Shown: positions 1 to 8,080 of the stretch, in pieces
How positions within the stretch are numbered: the first letter of the stretch is position 1
Layout of the letters: every line of letters begins with the position of its first letter
Program-made: the position numbers and the translations under genes
The notes under the pieces: model-generated
The model's database searches: none
What the model saw: the letters and a program-made list of their open reading frames with translations, nothing else
Told to the model about the DNA's origin: nothing
Assembly (NCBI GenBank): GCA_965650215.1
Contig: CBFGOB010000001.1
Coordinates: 1-37,631 of the forward strand
DNA length: 37,631 nt
Reading direction: 5' to 3'
DNA from: an uncultured bacterium
Lineage (GTDB): Bacteria; Verrucomicrobiota; Verrucomicrobiia; Verrucomicrobiales; Akkermansiaceae

Positions 1-2
1 CG

Positions 3-512
3 TGCGGGCATCTGGTTGCGATGATTGAGCGGGCGCGTGCCGCGGCAGTGGTTGGGCATGCGCCCGTGCTGCTGGGGTTGGAAATCCCAGAGGCTGCGGT
101 CTCAGGCGGGGGAGTGGGGCGCATGGCCCTGTTTCGCATCGAGACATGGCCGGGCCGCGATGACCGGGTGATGCCGGCCGTGAGGCTGGGCCGCTGGGTT
201 GAGATCGGTCGCGGGTTGGTGTTTTGTGCGGGTGAGCGGGACGGCTTGAGCAATCCGGTCGACGCCATGCCATGGCGGTTGGAGTCCTCCGGCAGTCCGG
301 CCGGAGGTGTCGTGGCGAGGATCATGGTTTTTGATGGAACAGGCCGCTTGGTGTATCCGGAGGGTCGCTTGCCTGTGGCGCTCGGGCTCGCCGAGGGGCG
401 TTATGTGGGAGGGCGCCCCATACTGCGCGGTAACGCGGACTCCGGCGCTGTGGCGGAGGATTGGATCCGTGTGGGTCGTCATGCGGGCCGTGCCCACTGG
501 ATCTCGAGATGA
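3..512 (+). CDS. GspH/FimT-like minor pseudopilin (Verru_Chthon cassette D-like), 5'-truncated by window edge
   Basis: Frame is open from the window start (..CGHLVAMIERARAAAV.., resembling the end of a pseudopilin N-terminal helix). It contains IMVFDGTGRL and a C-terminal IRVGRHAGRAHW strand. Its TGA overlaps the ATG of the next pilin-like gene (ATGA). Confidence 0.6.
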   Translation, partial: CGHLVAMIERARAAAVVGHAPVLLGLEIPEAAVSGGGVGRMALFRIETWPGRDDRVMPAVRLGRWVEIGRGLVFCAGERDGLSNPVDAMPWRLESSGSPAGGVVARIMVFDGTGRLVYPEGRLPVALGLAEGRYVGGRPILRGNADSGAVAEDWIRVGRHAGRAHWISR

Positions 513-949
513 AAGCCCGCGCATGCAACAATCGGTCGGGTTCCCTGTTGTTGGAAACCGTGTTGGCGTTGGCGGTCATGGCCGTCATGGTGCCGGTGGC
601 GATGATGGCCATCGGAAAGGCCTGCGACAGTGGACGGGAATTGCGGATCGAGACCTTGGGTCTGTGGACGGTGCCCGCCTGTCTCGTCGAGTGGAGTGCG
701 GCTGGCGAGCCTGCGGCGCTGGCGCTGGCTGCGGACGGGACGGTGCTTGGTGGCGTGGACGAGTCGGACTTCGACCGTGGAATGTTCGAATTCGAGGGGC
801 GGCGGGTGGCTTGTCTGTGCAGCATTGTGGACTTGGCCGGGGTGGCGGACGCATCCGGCCTGCGGCACCTCAGGATCCGTCTCGAATATCCTGCGGCAGC
901 GGCCTCCGCAGAGCGGCGGCGGATGGAATTCCACACCCTGATCCGATGA
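509..949 (+). CDS. Prepilin-type minor pseudopilin, GspI/PilV-like (Verru_Chthon B-like), 146 aa
   Basis: Start reassigned to ATG 509 (ATGA overlap). MKARACNNRSG|SLLLETVLALAVMAVMVPVAM gives a basic leader, Gly at -1, Glu at +5 and a hydrophobic helix. Confidence 0.72.
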   Translation: MKARACNNRSGSLLLETVLALAVMAVMVPVAMMAIGKACDSGRELRIETLGLWTVPACLVEWSAAGEPAALALAADGTVLGGVDESDFDRGMFEFEGRRVACLCSIVDLAGVADASGLRHLRIRLEYPAAAASAERRRMEFHTLIR

Positions 950-1683
950 TGAGGAGCGGATGTTCGGGGTTTACCCTGTTGGAAGTGCTGGTCTGCATGG
1001 CGCTTGCGGCGATGATTCTGTTAGGTTGTGTGTCGTTGTGCGGTGATGCGGCGGAATCGTACGGGCGGATCGAGGCCGGCATGGGCATGGACCGCGAGGC
1101 CCGCGCGGTGGTGAGGCAGCTGATGGAGGATCTTTCGTCCGCCACGGACCTGCGTGAGTGCATGTTCGAGGAATCCGCGGAGGCCTGGCCTGCGGATCGG
1201 ATCGGGTTCCACCTGCTGCAGGCCGAGTCCGGGCAGCCGGCCGGTGGATTTGCCGGTGACTTGTGTGCGGTCCGCTACGAGCTTCGCGAGGTTGCGCATG
1301 GCGGGCGCACCGAGCGCTGCCTTGTGCGGTCCTTGCATGACAGCGTGCGGACTTTCGGCGCCTTGGCTGAGGGTCGTGGAGATGACTTGTGGCGGATGGA
1401 TGATGCGGATGCTGAGCCGCTGGCCTTTGGCGTGTTGGCCTTCGAGCTTACCCGCATGTGCAGGGATGGGGAGGGGCGGTGGCGGCGCTGGAGCGAGGAG
1501 GACTCCGCCGGTCCGCAGGCCTTGGAATGCCGGCTGGTGATCGCGAACCGGCAACTGGCGGCACGTCTTGCAGCTGCTGGAAATGGAGCGCGGACCCTTG
1601 TTAATTATGAGGTGGCCGGGAGTCATCCCGACATGAATGTTTATTGCTCGATCTTGGCAGTGGGAGGACAGGGGGATGATTGA
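946..1683 (+). CDS. Prepilin-type N-terminal cleavage/methylation protein, GspJ/PilW-like (Verru_Chthon C-like), 245 aa
   Basis: Start at ATG 946 overlaps the previous stop. Canonical G|FTLLEVLVCMAL motif, followed by REARAVVRQLMEDL and GDLCAVRY. The upstream extension of ORF 307..1683 overlaps two other genes and is not real. Confidence 0.85.
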   Translation: MMRSGCSGFTLLEVLVCMALAAMILLGCVSLCGDAAESYGRIEAGMGMDREARAVVRQLMEDLSSATDLRECMFEESAEAWPADRIGFHLLQAESGQPAGGFAGDLCAVRYELREVAHGGRTERCLVRSLHDSVRTFGALAEGRGDDLWRMDDADAEPLAFGVLAFELTRMCRDGEGRWRRWSEEDSAGPQALECRLVIANRQLAARLAAAGNGARTLVNYEVAGSHPDMNVYCSILAVGGQGDD

Positions 1684-4654
1684 AGCCCGAGGACGCGGAG
1701 GATTCCGGCCCGGCATCGTGATGCCGGTGGTGCTGGTGGTCATGGCGGCGCTGGTCTTGCTGGCCATGGCGGCACTTTCGATCACAGGCATCGAGCGGCA
1801 GACGAGCCGGCTTTGGATCGATCAAACGAGGGCAAAGCTTGCCGTGATGTCGGGGTGCGAGGAAGTGCAGGGTTTGATGCAGCGCGAAATGGCCAACGAC
1901 GATTTCATCGTGCTGCAATCGGAGGCAGCGGTGGATGGCCCGCGTCTGTCCATGCCCCATGTTTTCGTGGCACGGCCGGTCCCGGACCGCGGGGGCATGG
2001 GGTGGCGTCATGTGCCCTTGTTCAGTTGGGATGCGGATTTTCCGCGGAGCGGGGATCCCGCTGCGCCCCTGATGGCATCTGAACCGGAAGCAGGTGGCCG
2101 TGCATGCTTCGACACTTTGCCCGGGTGGTCCGAGGCCAGACCGGCATGGCATCCGGTTTCCGATGGTCGTGGCCGGACGGCTGCCCGTTTTGCCTATTGG
2201 GTGGAGGACCTGCAGGGGCGCTTGGATCCGCGTCTTGCGGGCAACGATCGCGGCGAAAATGGCGGACACGTTCGGGATTGCGGGTCGATTGAAGCGGCCG
2301 GTGTTTTGTCCGAGTCCGGACCAGCGATGGATCAGGTGCCTCTCTATCCGTTGGATCCCAGGGCCTGCGATACCGATCAGCGCGAGGCGGTCCGCCGCCT
2401 GATCCGGCATCGTGACCGCTTGCGCTCACCCGAGTCGGCGGTGGCGGCGGCGTGGGAGGGTCGGGTGCCGGAGCGGCGGCAGGGAGTTTGGCAGGACCAG
2501 ACGGCACAGGCAATGGAGCGGTCACTGGTGGTCGGGATCCGTTCCTATCAGGAACAGGCAAGGGTTCCTTATCTGGGCAGCATTGACGCCGGGTGCATGG
2601 GCAGGCCGAAGATGAACCTCAACCGTTTGCTGGCGATCGAAAGGGATCGGGCGGTTGTGGAGATGGCGCAGTGGATGAAGCGGGCCCTGCCGGAATTCGA
2701 CACGCGCAAAGGCGGGTTTCCGGACGACTACCTCCGGAGCCTTGCGGCCAACACCCTTGACTATGCCGATCGGGACGACCTGCCGACCAGTGATGCGTCC
2801 GGCTATCTTGGGATCGATTCGTATCCGTTCCTCAGCGAGATCGTGCTGCACATCCATTTCCAGAAGTTGCAGCACGAGTCCGGCCGGTGGGTCTTGAAGT
2901 GGAGGTTGAGGCTGTTTGCCGAGTTGTGGAACATGAGCAACCGGGCGATATCCGGCGGGCAGGCGAGGGTCAGCTATGAAGTCAACCTGCGGCCCACGCC
3001 GATGGGAACCGGCGGGGTGATGCGTGCCTTCGATGATCCGAAGATCCTGTTGGATCCGCGGCAGAGCCAGCATGCGCTAGAGCGCGCAGGAAGTCTGTTC
3101 CTCAGCCCGCCGGTCGAGGTCGTGCTTCTGCCCGACGAGTATCGGTTCTATGAATTCGCCACGGTGGACTACACCTTGGATTGCGATCCGCAATTCGATG
3201 CATCGGGGGTGCCGGTGCCGGAGATCTTCGATTTGGCCGAACCCGAGTCGCAGTCGCGCGGGATGACATTGATGTGGAACGGGGTGCCGGTGCAGCGCGT
3301 TCCGAAAATATTGCGGGATCCTTACGGCTTGAGTGATTTCCGTACCGACAGGGCGCGCAAGGCCGCCAAGGCCTGCATTCCGGGCTTGAATTACGGCGGC
3401 TATGGCGAGTCGGTGAACAACCCCGGCGACCCGAGGATGGCAGCGCATCTGCGCGAGATCGCATTGGGGGAAAACGCCTATCCGGAAAACGTCAGCCCAC
3501 ACCGGCGCAACATCCGTCGGCGCAACATCTACGACAAGGATCCGAGTCCGCTGAAGTCGCGTCACTACGGTCGTGTGTTGCCATCGCAGTGGCCGGATGG
3601 CGGCCATGACTCGGCGGCGGGGGATTTCCTGGTCACGACCAGCGATGCGGCATTGCCGAACGATGAAAGCAAGTGGCCGCTCAGCGGGGTTCCGACGCCG
3701 TTGGCGGAAAACGCACCGCAGCGGATTTCGAACGCGGGGTGCTTCTCCAGTGTCACCGAGTTGGGGCGGATCTTTGATCCGATCCTATGGCAGCCTGCAT
3801 ATCCGGATCTGCCGGGGCAGCCGGGATCGGGTGCCGAGGACACGGCGACGCTCATTGGCCAGCCATACGGTCCGCGTTTGCCGACGATGCCCGGGAGGCG
3901 TCAGCGATGGCCCGAAGTGTCGGCGGCCTCGGTCCCGAGCGAGACCTGTGGCGGCGGCAACACGCTGAGGATCGGCAGGCCGGAGCATGGCAAGTTCGAC
4001 CGCCCCGGATTGCGGGCGAGTGACTTGTTGGATTTGTTTCATGTCGGAGTTCCGGGGTCCGGCGACGCCCGCGATCGTGAAGGCGCGGTGGTCCACATCG
4101 AGGGTCGGGTGAATCTTAACACGGCAGGCCGCGACGTGCTGCGCTGTCTGGCGGCAGGACCTTTGGTCCGGGATCCGGGGTTGTGCCGGGTCATCGAATG
4201 GCAGCATGACACCCGCGGGCCGCTGCGGCCGGTGACAGGGCCGCTTGCGCTGGATGCGCCGACGGATCAGCAAGTGGCGGATCGGGTCGCCGATGCCATC
4301 ATCCGCAGCCGTCCCTTCATCAGTCCGTCGCAGCTGCCGTTGGTGCGGACGGCCGACGGCAATCCGGTATTTGGCAATCCGGCGATGCATCCGGATGCGG
4401 AAAGCATCCAGTGGTCGGATGCGGCGGCCGAGGAGGTCTTTGCGCGGGTGCATGATGCGTCCACCGTGCGCTCGCGGAATTTCCGGGTATGGGTGGTGGG
4501 TCAGGCCTTGGGCGGCGCTGAGGATGCCCCCGAGGTGCTCGCCGAGTCGCGCCGGGTCTTCACCCTGTTTGTCGACCCCGGCGCAAGGCGCGCGGATGGG
4601 GGTATTGAGCCAAGAAATCAACGTGTTCGCATCCTTCATGAGAGATCGTTTTAA
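1676..4654 (+). CDS. Large GspK/PilX-like pseudopilin (Verru_Chthon cassette A-like), 992 aa
   Basis: Start ATG 1676 after GGAGG. G|IVMPVVLVVMAALVLLAMAALS..IERQTS lacks Glu+5, as in GspK/PilX. GspK-like motifs WVEDLQGRLD, KMNLNRL and GRVNLNTAGRDVLRCL are present, plus a C-terminal STVRSRNFRVWVVGQAL. Confidence 0.75.
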   Translation: MIEARGRGGFRPGIVMPVVLVVMAALVLLAMAALSITGIERQTSRLWIDQTRAKLAVMSGCEEVQGLMQREMANDDFIVLQSEAAVDGPRLSMPHVFVARPVPDRGGMGWRHVPLFSWDADFPRSGDPAAPLMASEPEAGGRACFDTLPGWSEARPAWHPVSDGRGRTAARFAYWVEDLQGRLDPRLAGNDRGENGGHVRDCGSIEAAGVLSESGPAMDQVPLYPLDPRACDTDQREAVRRLIRHRDRLRSPESAVAAAWEGRVPERRQGVWQDQTAQAMERSLVVGIRSYQEQARVPYLGSIDAGCMGRPKMNLNRLLAIERDRAVVEMAQWMKRALPEFDTRKGGFPDDYLRSLAANTLDYADRDDLPTSDASGYLGIDSYPFLSEIVLHIHFQKLQHESGRWVLKWRLRLFAELWNMSNRAISGGQARVSYEVNLRPTPMGTGGVMRAFDDPKILLDPRQSQHALERAGSLFLSPPVEVVLLPDEYRFYEFATVDYTLDCDPQFDASGVPVPEIFDLAEPESQSRGMTLMWNGVPVQRVPKILRDPYGLSDFRTDRARKAAKACIPGLNYGGYGESVNNPGDPRMAAHLREIALGENAYPENVSPHRRNIRRRNIYDKDPSPLKSRHYGRVLPSQWPDGGHDSAAGDFLVTTSDAALPNDESKWPLSGVPTPLAENAPQRISNAGCFSSVTELGRIFDPILWQPAYPDLPGQPGSGAEDTATLIGQPYGPRLPTMPGRRQRWPEVSAASVPSETCGGGNTLRIGRPEHGKFDRPGLRASDLLDLFHVGVPGSGDARDREGAVVHIEGRVNLNTAGRDVLRCLAAGPLVRDPGLCRVIEWQHDTRGPLRPVTGPLALDAPTDQQVADRVADAIIRSRPFISPSQLPLVRTADGNPVFGNPAMHPDAESIQWSDAAAEEVFARVHDASTVRSRNFRVWVVGQALGGAEDAPEVLAESRRVFTLFVDPGARRADGGIEPRNQRVRILHERSF

Positions 4655-5306
4655 GCCATGGAAGTGGTTGCCCCTGTGTTGGGCCTGCACGGTGGTCATG
4701 GCCGCGCCGGAGCAGGGATGCCTGCGGATTGTCAATGCGGTCGGCCATGGGGAAGGGCCATTGAAGGTTGTGGTCGACGGCCGGCCACTGGAGGTCAACG
4801 GTTACGCGCCGGGCGATGTCACGGGCCGGATCCTTCTGCCCGCGGGAACCCATCAGCTGCGTTTCGAACGGGCCGGCGTCTGGGTCGGCAACGCGCGTGT
4901 GGCCTTGGCGGCCGGGCAGTCCTGGATCGTGATTCCCTACGTTGAGGGGGTTCCCGAGTGGCGGGGCAGCGGGCCAAAGTGCCGCATCAAGGTGTTCCGC
5001 ATGGCATCGGAGGACGTCGGCGACCGGCGATGCGTGACCCTGCTTTCGCTGGTGGGTGGCGAGCCATTGCCCTTGAGGGTCCGCGATTTGGACCAGGGAT
5101 GGGTGGTGCGGCCCTTGTCAGGTTTCGAACCCCGGCAGATCGAGATCATCCAGCTGAGGGGGTACCTGCCGGTGATGCTTGGTCGGCGGCGCATGGCTTC
5201 GATCCCCCTTGGTTCGGCCGGAAACCACATCGTGGTGTTTTACGATTCCGGTGACGGCAAGGTGGCTTCCCTCGGCTTCAAGGACCATCAACCGCGCCAG
5301 GACTGA
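4638..5306 (+). CDS. Secreted beta-rich protein (DUF4397-like), last gene of the pseudopilin operon, 222 aa
   Basis: ATG 4638 overlaps the previous gene end. Signal-like MRDRFKPWKWLPLCWACTVVMA is followed by LRIVNAV..GPLKVVVDG..LPAGTHQLRF, which resembles DUF4397. Confidence 0.6.
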   Translation: MRDRFKPWKWLPLCWACTVVMAAPEQGCLRIVNAVGHGEGPLKVVVDGRPLEVNGYAPGDVTGRILLPAGTHQLRFERAGVWVGNARVALAAGQSWIVIPYVEGVPEWRGSGPKCRIKVFRMASEDVGDRRCVTLLSLVGGEPLPLRVRDLDQGWVVRPLSGFEPRQIEIIQLRGYLPVMLGRRRMASIPLGSAGNHIVVFYDSGDGKVASLGFKDHQPRQD

Positions 5307-5393
5307 AGCGGACGCGTTTGCCCTTGCCATGGATCGATGCCCGTAGGTAGATCGGCTTGCTTTGGGGCGATCGTGTCAAAGCCGAATGAAAAA

Positions 5394-5478
5394 GCCGTCG
5401 TGGCGGAATGGTAGACGCCACGGACTTAAAATCCGTTGAGGGGCAACCCTCGTGGGGGTTCGAGTCCCCCCGACGGCA
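5394..5478 (+). tRNA. trnL: tRNA-Leu, anticodon TAA
   Basis: Acceptor stem GCCGTCG/CGACGGC plus discriminator A. D-arm TGGCGGAATGGTAGACGC. Anticodon arm ACGGA-CTTAAAA-TCCGT. Long variable arm GAGGG-GCAA-CCCTC. T-arm GGGGG-TTCGAGT-CCCCC. CCA is not encoded. Confidence 0.97.
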
Positions 5479-5491
5479 CTTTCATTCTTTT

Positions 5492-5524
5492 GGGCCGCAG
5501 CCGTGGCTTGCGCCGTTATTTTTT
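5492..5524 (+). terminator. Possible intrinsic terminator between tRNA-Leu and the convergent glycan locus
   Basis: Imperfect GC hairpin (CGCAGC-CGTG-GCTTGCG) followed by TTATTTTTT, which overlaps the stop codon of the convergent gene. Confidence 0.35.
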
Positions 5525-7933
5525 GGGTTCGTGTGGCAGGCTGATCTCGATCGCCTGCTGGTTGCGGATGACGCGCAGCGTGACCGGTCCCGCTCCCGCC
5601 TTTTGGAGGGCGGTCAGGAATTGGTCCGTGTTGCTGACCTTGGCCTGGTTCACCTGTTGGATGAGGTCGTTGTCCTTGAGTCCGTGGCGTGCGGCGTCCG
5701 ATCCGACACGTACCCGGACCAGCTGCACCCCTCCATCCTCCTTGCTGACGCCGAAGGCGGAAAATTCCTCGCCCTGCAGGCTGTGAAGGGTGGCTCCCAG
5801 CCACACCTGGGATTTTTCGCCAAGCGGATTCATCACCCGATCGCCCTCGGCGCGCAGCGGCGGAATCACCGGCGTGCCAGCGCGTGCGCGCAGCGCGGGT
5901 TTTTTCACACCGAACTGGTCCATCGGGAAATTCCGGAAGCCGATCTGCAAGGCCGGCGATCCATCCTTCACGCGAAAGTCGCCGCGCGCGGGATCGGTGA
6001 ACATCGGATTACCACTGCGTGAATCCGCATCACCGCCGGATTCCCGGCATTTCTTCAGGTCGCTATCGAAGACGAACAGGTTCTGGTCCGACGCCTTGGC
6101 CCAACCCGCTGGTTGGCCGGTGTGCTTGTGGGCCGCCATCACGATGTTGCCGGTGAACGAGTCACCGCTGGCATCGAACCACACATGCGGGTGGAAGCCA
6201 TTGTTGATGAGGATGTTGTTGCTCGCCTTGCGGCCGTAGCCCTCGCGGAATTTCAGCCCGCCTGAGAGCATGAGGTTGTTGGTGATCTGATAGTTCGACG
6301 AGCCGTCGTCGAGGTCGATGTCCCAGCCGTGGTCACAGCGCCAGCGGCTGTCGCGGATGATGGTGGTTTCCATGGCATCGAGGTAGGGCAGCTTGGGATC
6401 CAGCTTCACTTCCGGTTCGGAAACGCCGCGATGGTTGCGATTCCAGAAGCGGTCGCGTCCCCAGGAGTTGAAGGATCCGTGGTCGTGGGTTTCGAGCACG
6501 GTGTCGAAGACGTCGCAGCGCTCGATGAGGTGTCCGCCCCAGGTGCCCTCGCTGATGTTGATGCCGGCACGGGCACAGTCGTGGATCGTGGTATCGCGCA
6601 CGGCGATGCGGCGGGACATCGAGATCTGCACGCCGGCCGGTTGGCGCTCGACGCGGCCGATGCCCTGGATCAGGCAGTCCTCGACGGCGGAGTCGGCCGG
6701 ATAGTTCTCCGTCTTCGGTCCGGGCGTGCGGTCGATTTTTTTCAAATCCTGTCCCTGGCCGTATTCAAACAGAGGATCGCGCACGGCGGCCGGATCGCCG
6801 ACGAAGCAGACGCCGCTGGCTCCGGCATCATGGATGTGGCAACCCTTGATGAGTGCGCGGCGGTTGTAGTGGTTCACGAACACCGCATTGCCGCCGGGTT
6901 GGTCGAATTCGCAATCGAGGATGCGGATGTCCTCGGTGCCGGTGAGCGTGACGGCTCCTCCGCGGTAGATCGCCCAGTCGGAGCGTAGCAGCGGTTCGCG
7001 GGTTTCCATGAAGGTGCGCGCGGTGTGGCGGAAGGTGAGGCCTTGCAGGTGGATGAAGCGCACCGGTTTTTCCAAGGATCCACGGAACTCGACAAGGTGC
7101 GCGAGTTCGACGACCTCGACGGCTGCCCGGTTCGGATCGGTGTCCGCCTGCGGCTTGAAATACAGCGTGTTCGTGGCTGCGTTGTGGAACCACTCGCCTG
7201 GGGCGTCGAGTTCCTCGAAGATGTTTTCGACCATGCGGAACTTCCGGTGCATGCCCATCTGGCGGTTGTTCTGCCAGCCGCCTTCGTAGGCGAGCGAGCC
7301 GTCGGGTTTCTTGCCGGTGATCCGGTAGTGGTATCCGCCCCAGCGCTGCTTGTGCATCGCGTGGATGTATCCTCCGGCGGGGCTCGCCCAGCGTGCGGCG
7401 CGTTCGTTGGAAACCGCATCCTCCGCGTATCCCTGATAGGCGGCGGTCTTCAGCGCCGGATTGAAATCCGGGTAGCGGGCCATGTGCTGGCGGCGGCCGT
7501 CGATGAACAGCTGGTCGATCGCCATGCCTGCCGGGGTGCTGGCCATGACGATGCCGTCCCGCCAGGGTTTCCAGTCGAGCTGCAGTTTCCTGCCGCCGCT
7601 GAGCACCGCCTTGCCCTCATTCACCGCGCGCCATACGACCGGGTGCTCCTTGGTGCCCGAATCCTCGGGGAGAAAGACCAGGGTTTCGGGGAGGTAGTGG
7701 ACGCCGTCCGCCAGATGGATCGTGACCGCTTCCTTTCCCGCCACCTTGCGCGCGGCGTCGCGTGCGGCTGTTGGAGTGGCGAATGGCGCGGCGGCGGATC
7801 CGGGGTTGGAATCCCTGCCTGCGGGAGACACGTGGAATTCCGCGGCTTGCGACGGCAGCAGCAGGAGGCCGATGGCGATGGCCGGCATGGAACCGGCGGT
7901 GCGCCGGCGTATGGGGGTGGGGATGGTCTGCAT
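5516..7933 (-). CDS. Right-handed beta-helix glycoside hydrolase, GH141-like (putative alpha-L-fucosidase), with C-terminal PDZ domain
   Basis: Signal peptide ends ..LLLLPSQA|AEFHVSPAGRDSNPGS..PFAT. Contains ELDAPGEWF, beta-helix repeats and WDIDLDDGSSNY. The C-terminus GGVQLVRVRVGSDAARHGLKDNDLIQQVN..LRVIRNQ is PDZ-like. ATG 7933 is preferred over TTG 7963. Confidence 0.78.
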   Translation of the reverse strand: MQTIPTPIRRRTAGSMPAIAIGLLLLPSQAAEFHVSPAGRDSNPGSAAAPFATPTAARDAARKVAGKEAVTIHLADGVHYLPETLVFLPEDSGTKEHPVVWRAVNEGKAVLSGGRKLQLDWKPWRDGIVMASTPAGMAIDQLFIDGRRQHMARYPDFNPALKTAAYQGYAEDAVSNERAARWASPAGGYIHAMHKQRWGGYHYRITGKKPDGSLAYEGGWQNNRQMGMHRKFRMVENIFEELDAPGEWFHNAATNTLYFKPQADTDPNRAAVEVVELAHLVEFRGSLEKPVRFIHLQGLTFRHTARTFMETREPLLRSDWAIYRGGAVTLTGTEDIRILDCEFDQPGGNAVFVNHYNRRALIKGCHIHDAGASGVCFVGDPAAVRDPLFEYGQGQDLKKIDRTPGPKTENYPADSAVEDCLIQGIGRVERQPAGVQISMSRRIAVRDTTIHDCARAGINISEGTWGGHLIERCDVFDTVLETHDHGSFNSWGRDRFWNRNHRGVSEPEVKLDPKLPYLDAMETTIIRDSRWRCDHGWDIDLDDGSSNYQITNNLMLSGGLKFREGYGRKASNNILINNGFHPHVWFDASGDSFTGNIVMAAHKHTGQPAGWAKASDQNLFVFDSDLKKCRESGGDADSRSGNPMFTDPARGDFRVKDGSPALQIGFRNFPMDQFGVKKPALRARAGTPVIPPLRAEGDRVMNPLGEKSQVWLGATLHSLQGEEFSAFGVSKEDGGVQLVRVRVGSDAARHGLKDNDLIQQVNQAKVSNTDQFLTALQKAGAGPVTLRVIRNQQAIEISLPHEPKK

Positions 7934-8080
7934 GGGTTGTTGGAATGGTGGTTGATGCTTCAAATGACAAAGGGCTGACAGGAGGTATGGCTCACATGCC
8001 GGGTGAATGGGTCATGGCTTCCAGTCCTGTTGAAATCAGTTCAATCCGTGGGACCAGTGGTTTGGGGTCGATGTTTCGGT

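Noticed and set aside
307-945. N-terminal extensions in the ORF track (307..1683, 4245..5306, 16062..17996, 8081..10414, 29754..31238, 31157..32725)
   Set aside because: The extensions overlap neighbouring genes. Signal-peptide or prepilin motifs and ATGA coupling identify downstream starts.
5318-5353. Sigma70-like promoter for the tRNA (TTGCCA at 5324)
   Set aside because: No convincing -10 hexamer at 16-18 bp spacing.
5394-5478. bldA-like regulation by the rare-codon tRNA-Leu(UAA)
   Set aside because: TTA codons occur sporadically (e.g. 1021, and within GH95 and GH2) with no visible pattern. Nearly all bacteria carry this tRNA.
5408-6022. Plus-strand ORF starting inside the tRNA
   Set aside because: It overlaps the tRNA and is antisense to the GH141-like gene, so it is spurious.
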